Source of the DNA: an uncultured Thermoprotei archaeon
GTDB taxonomy: Archaea > Thermoproteota > Thermoprotei > Thermofilales > B15-G2
Length of the DNA stretch: 62,871 nt
NCBI GenBank assembly: GCA_965367815.1
Contig: CBDUKN010000017.1
Span: 1-62,871 of the forward strand
Reading direction: 5' to 3'
Shown here: positions 60,967 to 62,871 of the stretch, piece by piece
Position numbering within the stretch: position 1 is the first letter of the stretch
How the letters are laid out: each line of letters starts with the position of its first letter
Notes under the pieces: model-generated
Told to the model about the DNA's origin: nothing
The model's input: only the letters and a program-made list of their open reading frames with translations
Databases searched by the model: none
Program-made: the position numbers and the translations under genes

Positions 60967-62409
60967 ATGAAGTACTTTAAGTCACTGAAGTGCACTAAAT
61001 GCGGCTTAGAATATAGCCCGAGTACTGTAGCAGGTTACTGCAATAAGTGCAGAAGCCCTCTTACAGTAGTCTACGACTACAGTAAACTGAGAGAAGTAGT
61101 TTCTAAGGAGCTCTTCGAAAAGAGAACAGACGGAATATGGAAATATGTTGAGCTCCTCCCCTGCTCAAAAGAAAATGCCGTTACTTTAGGCGAAGGCGAC
61201 ACTGCGCTAATTAAATGCAGTAAGCTAAGCAGAAAACTCGGCGCTAAGAACTTATATGTTAAAGACGAAACAAAGAATCCTACAGGCTCGTTCCTAGATA
61301 GAGGCTCCTCAGTCTTAATAACAAGACTTCTTGAAGCAGGCTTTAAGGGAGTCTACGGAGTATTTAAAGGCAATTTAGGAGCCTCTCTATCTGCTTACTC
61401 AGCTAAAGCTGGTTTGAAATGTATTGCCTTTATTTCTGGCAAAATCGAGGCTAGTAAACTTTACCAGATGATAGCCTATGGTGCAACAATATATTCTTTA
61501 AATAAGTTCAAGGAACTAGTTCTCGGCGACGACTACTTTTTCGCCGACAATGCGGACCCATTTTTAGTTGAAGGAGAGAAAACTATAGGCTTCGAACTCT
61601 TCGAAAATATGGGCTTCCAGCTTCCTGACTTCATTATAGTCCCAATGGGAAGCGGAGGTCTTATCTCAGCAATATGGAAAAGTCTCAAAGAGCTCTACTA
61701 CGTTGGGTTAATTGATCAAATAGACTGTAAGCTTATCGGCGTTCAGGCAGAATACTGTTCACCTATTGTAGACATGTTTTATTCAAATAAAGAAGGAAAA
61801 GATTATAGAGATACCATTGCCATTGACCTTGCTTTTGAGAAACCTAGCAGAGGAGCTGAAGCAGTTAAGGCTTTAAAAGAAAGCCGCGGCTGTGCTTTCA
61901 AGGTCTCTGATGAAGAAATGCTTTCAGCTTCAATAGAGCTTGCGAGAAACGAAGGTATTTTCGCAGAGCCTGCAGCCGCCTCAACTATAGCGTGCGTAAA
62001 GAAAATGCTTGACACAGGAATTCTAGACCCCTCCGACACAGTTGTCTGCATTATAACTGGCTCGGGTCTCAAAGACCCTCTTGCAGCGCTCAAAGAACTA
62101 GAGAAAAACATGGCTTTAGAGAAATTCATTAAACATAAAGTTAAAGTAAAGCCTAGGCTCGGTGTAGGCAGCACAAAAATACTTATTTTAAGAATACTTA
62201 GCAAGGAGAGTCTTCATGGATACGAAATATGGAGAAAATTAGAAGAAGCTGGGCGCAGTACTTCAATTCCAGCTGTATACCAGCATTTAAAAGAACTAGA
62301 ACGCATGAAGCTTATTTCAAGAGATAAGACTGAAGTAGTTGGAGGAAAAGTGAGGACATACTACAGGATAACGAGCAAGGGACTAGAATTTCTTAAGGCT
62401 CTCTCCTAA
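60967..62409 (+). CDS. thrC: Threonine synthase-like protein fused to a C-terminal PadR-type wHTH
   Basis: TLGEGDT, NPTGSF(L)DRG, EPAAA, TGSGLK; then LHGYEI..VYQHLKELE..YYRIT.KG. Confidence 0.82.
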   Translation: MKYFKSLKCTKCGLEYSPSTVAGYCNKCRSPLTVVYDYSKLREVVSKELFEKRTDGIWKYVELLPCSKENAVTLGEGDTALIKCSKLSRKLGAKNLYVKDETKNPTGSFLDRGSSVLITRLLEAGFKGVYGVFKGNLGASLSAYSAKAGLKCIAFISGKIEASKLYQMIAYGATIYSLNKFKELVLGDDYFFADNADPFLVEGEKTIGFELFENMGFQLPDFIIVPMGSGGLISAIWKSLKELYYVGLIDQIDCKLIGVQAEYCSPIVDMFYSNKEGKDYRDTIAIDLAFEKPSRGAEAVKALKESRGCAFKVSDEEMLSASIELARNEGIFAEPAAASTIACVKKMLDTGILDPSDTVVCIITGSGLKDPLAALKELEKNMALEKFIKHKVKVKPRLGVGSTKILILRILSKESLHGYEIWRKLEEAGRSTSIPAVYQHLKELERMKLISRDKTEVVGGKVRTYYRITSKGLEFLKALS

Positions 62410-62533
62410 TTGCTAAAAATGTGTCCATTGACTTAAACTGTATACCCTACTGTAGTCTAGTGAACAAAATAAAGAGATATCTATTAGATTGACATTAAAA
62501 TAATCTGCGCAGACTTAAGCTTAATTGGTGAAG

Positions 62534-62871
62534 CTACTGTTTTTTACATAGTTCTTTTAGTAAAGCTATGGCTGATAGTGCTGCGAGGTAGCTTGTGCGT
62601 GGATTCTGGGGATGTGGCATGTTCTTGACAACTATTTTTATTTCCGAGACTTCTGACTCTACGTGTATTTCATGTATATTGTTTCTTAAATTGGGGTCTG
62701 CTATTATTTTGACCCATACTGGTGCATCAGAATACAGAGCTAATGCTGCCGCCACATTAACACTTCTCGGGAAAAGTTTCACAGCTTCTTCTGCAGGTCC
62801 CTCGTATACTAGTGTAGGTTTTTGTATCTTTTTGTTGGTTAAGTATTGAGAATACTTTAGTGCTTTGGGAG
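62534..62871 (-). CDS. nadX: L-aspartate dehydrogenase, C-terminal part (cut by window end)
   Basis: EG.A.EAVKLFP..NVAA, IADP..N.HEI, NPRTSYLAALS. Confidence 0.88.
   Translation of the reverse strand, partial: PKALKYSQYLTNKKIQKPTLVYEGPAEEAVKLFPRSVNVAAALALYSDAPVWVKIIADPNLRNNIHEIHVESEVSEIKIVVKNMPHPQNPRTSYLAALSAIALLKELCKKQ

Overview
AT-rich contig from an archaeon, most likely a thermophilic Thermoprotei/TACK lineage (inferred from gene content). Bases 1-68 are an untrimmed Illumina/Nextera adapter. The first ~41 kb is a defence island. It holds one long CRISPR array (26 repeats of 26 bp) and a second, 35-bp repeat family dispersed as six short arrays plus a leader-only remnant, most behind copies of one leader. 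Cas and accessory genes are csx1, a stand-alone CARF + PIN operon, cas2-cas4 (no cas1), an APE2256/Crn1-type CARF and cas6. The island also carries a divergent nurA/herA pair, several toxin-antitoxin modules and a truncated tnpB. The main candidate for a new system is a MID-PIWI-only Argonaute whose frame is ~100 codons longer than the ORF track shows. It overlaps an unknown 169-aa gene, ends ~110 bp before a CRISPR leader, and lies near nurA/herA/CARF. No cas1, cas3, cas10, cas7 or cas5 is in the window. The remaining ~22 kb holds housekeeping and metabolic genes (rdgB, thiW, thiDN, a thrC-PadR fusion, partial nadX), glycoside-hydrolase-like genes, more VapBC pairs and many pseudogenes. All family calls come from motifs recognised by eye; no database search was run.
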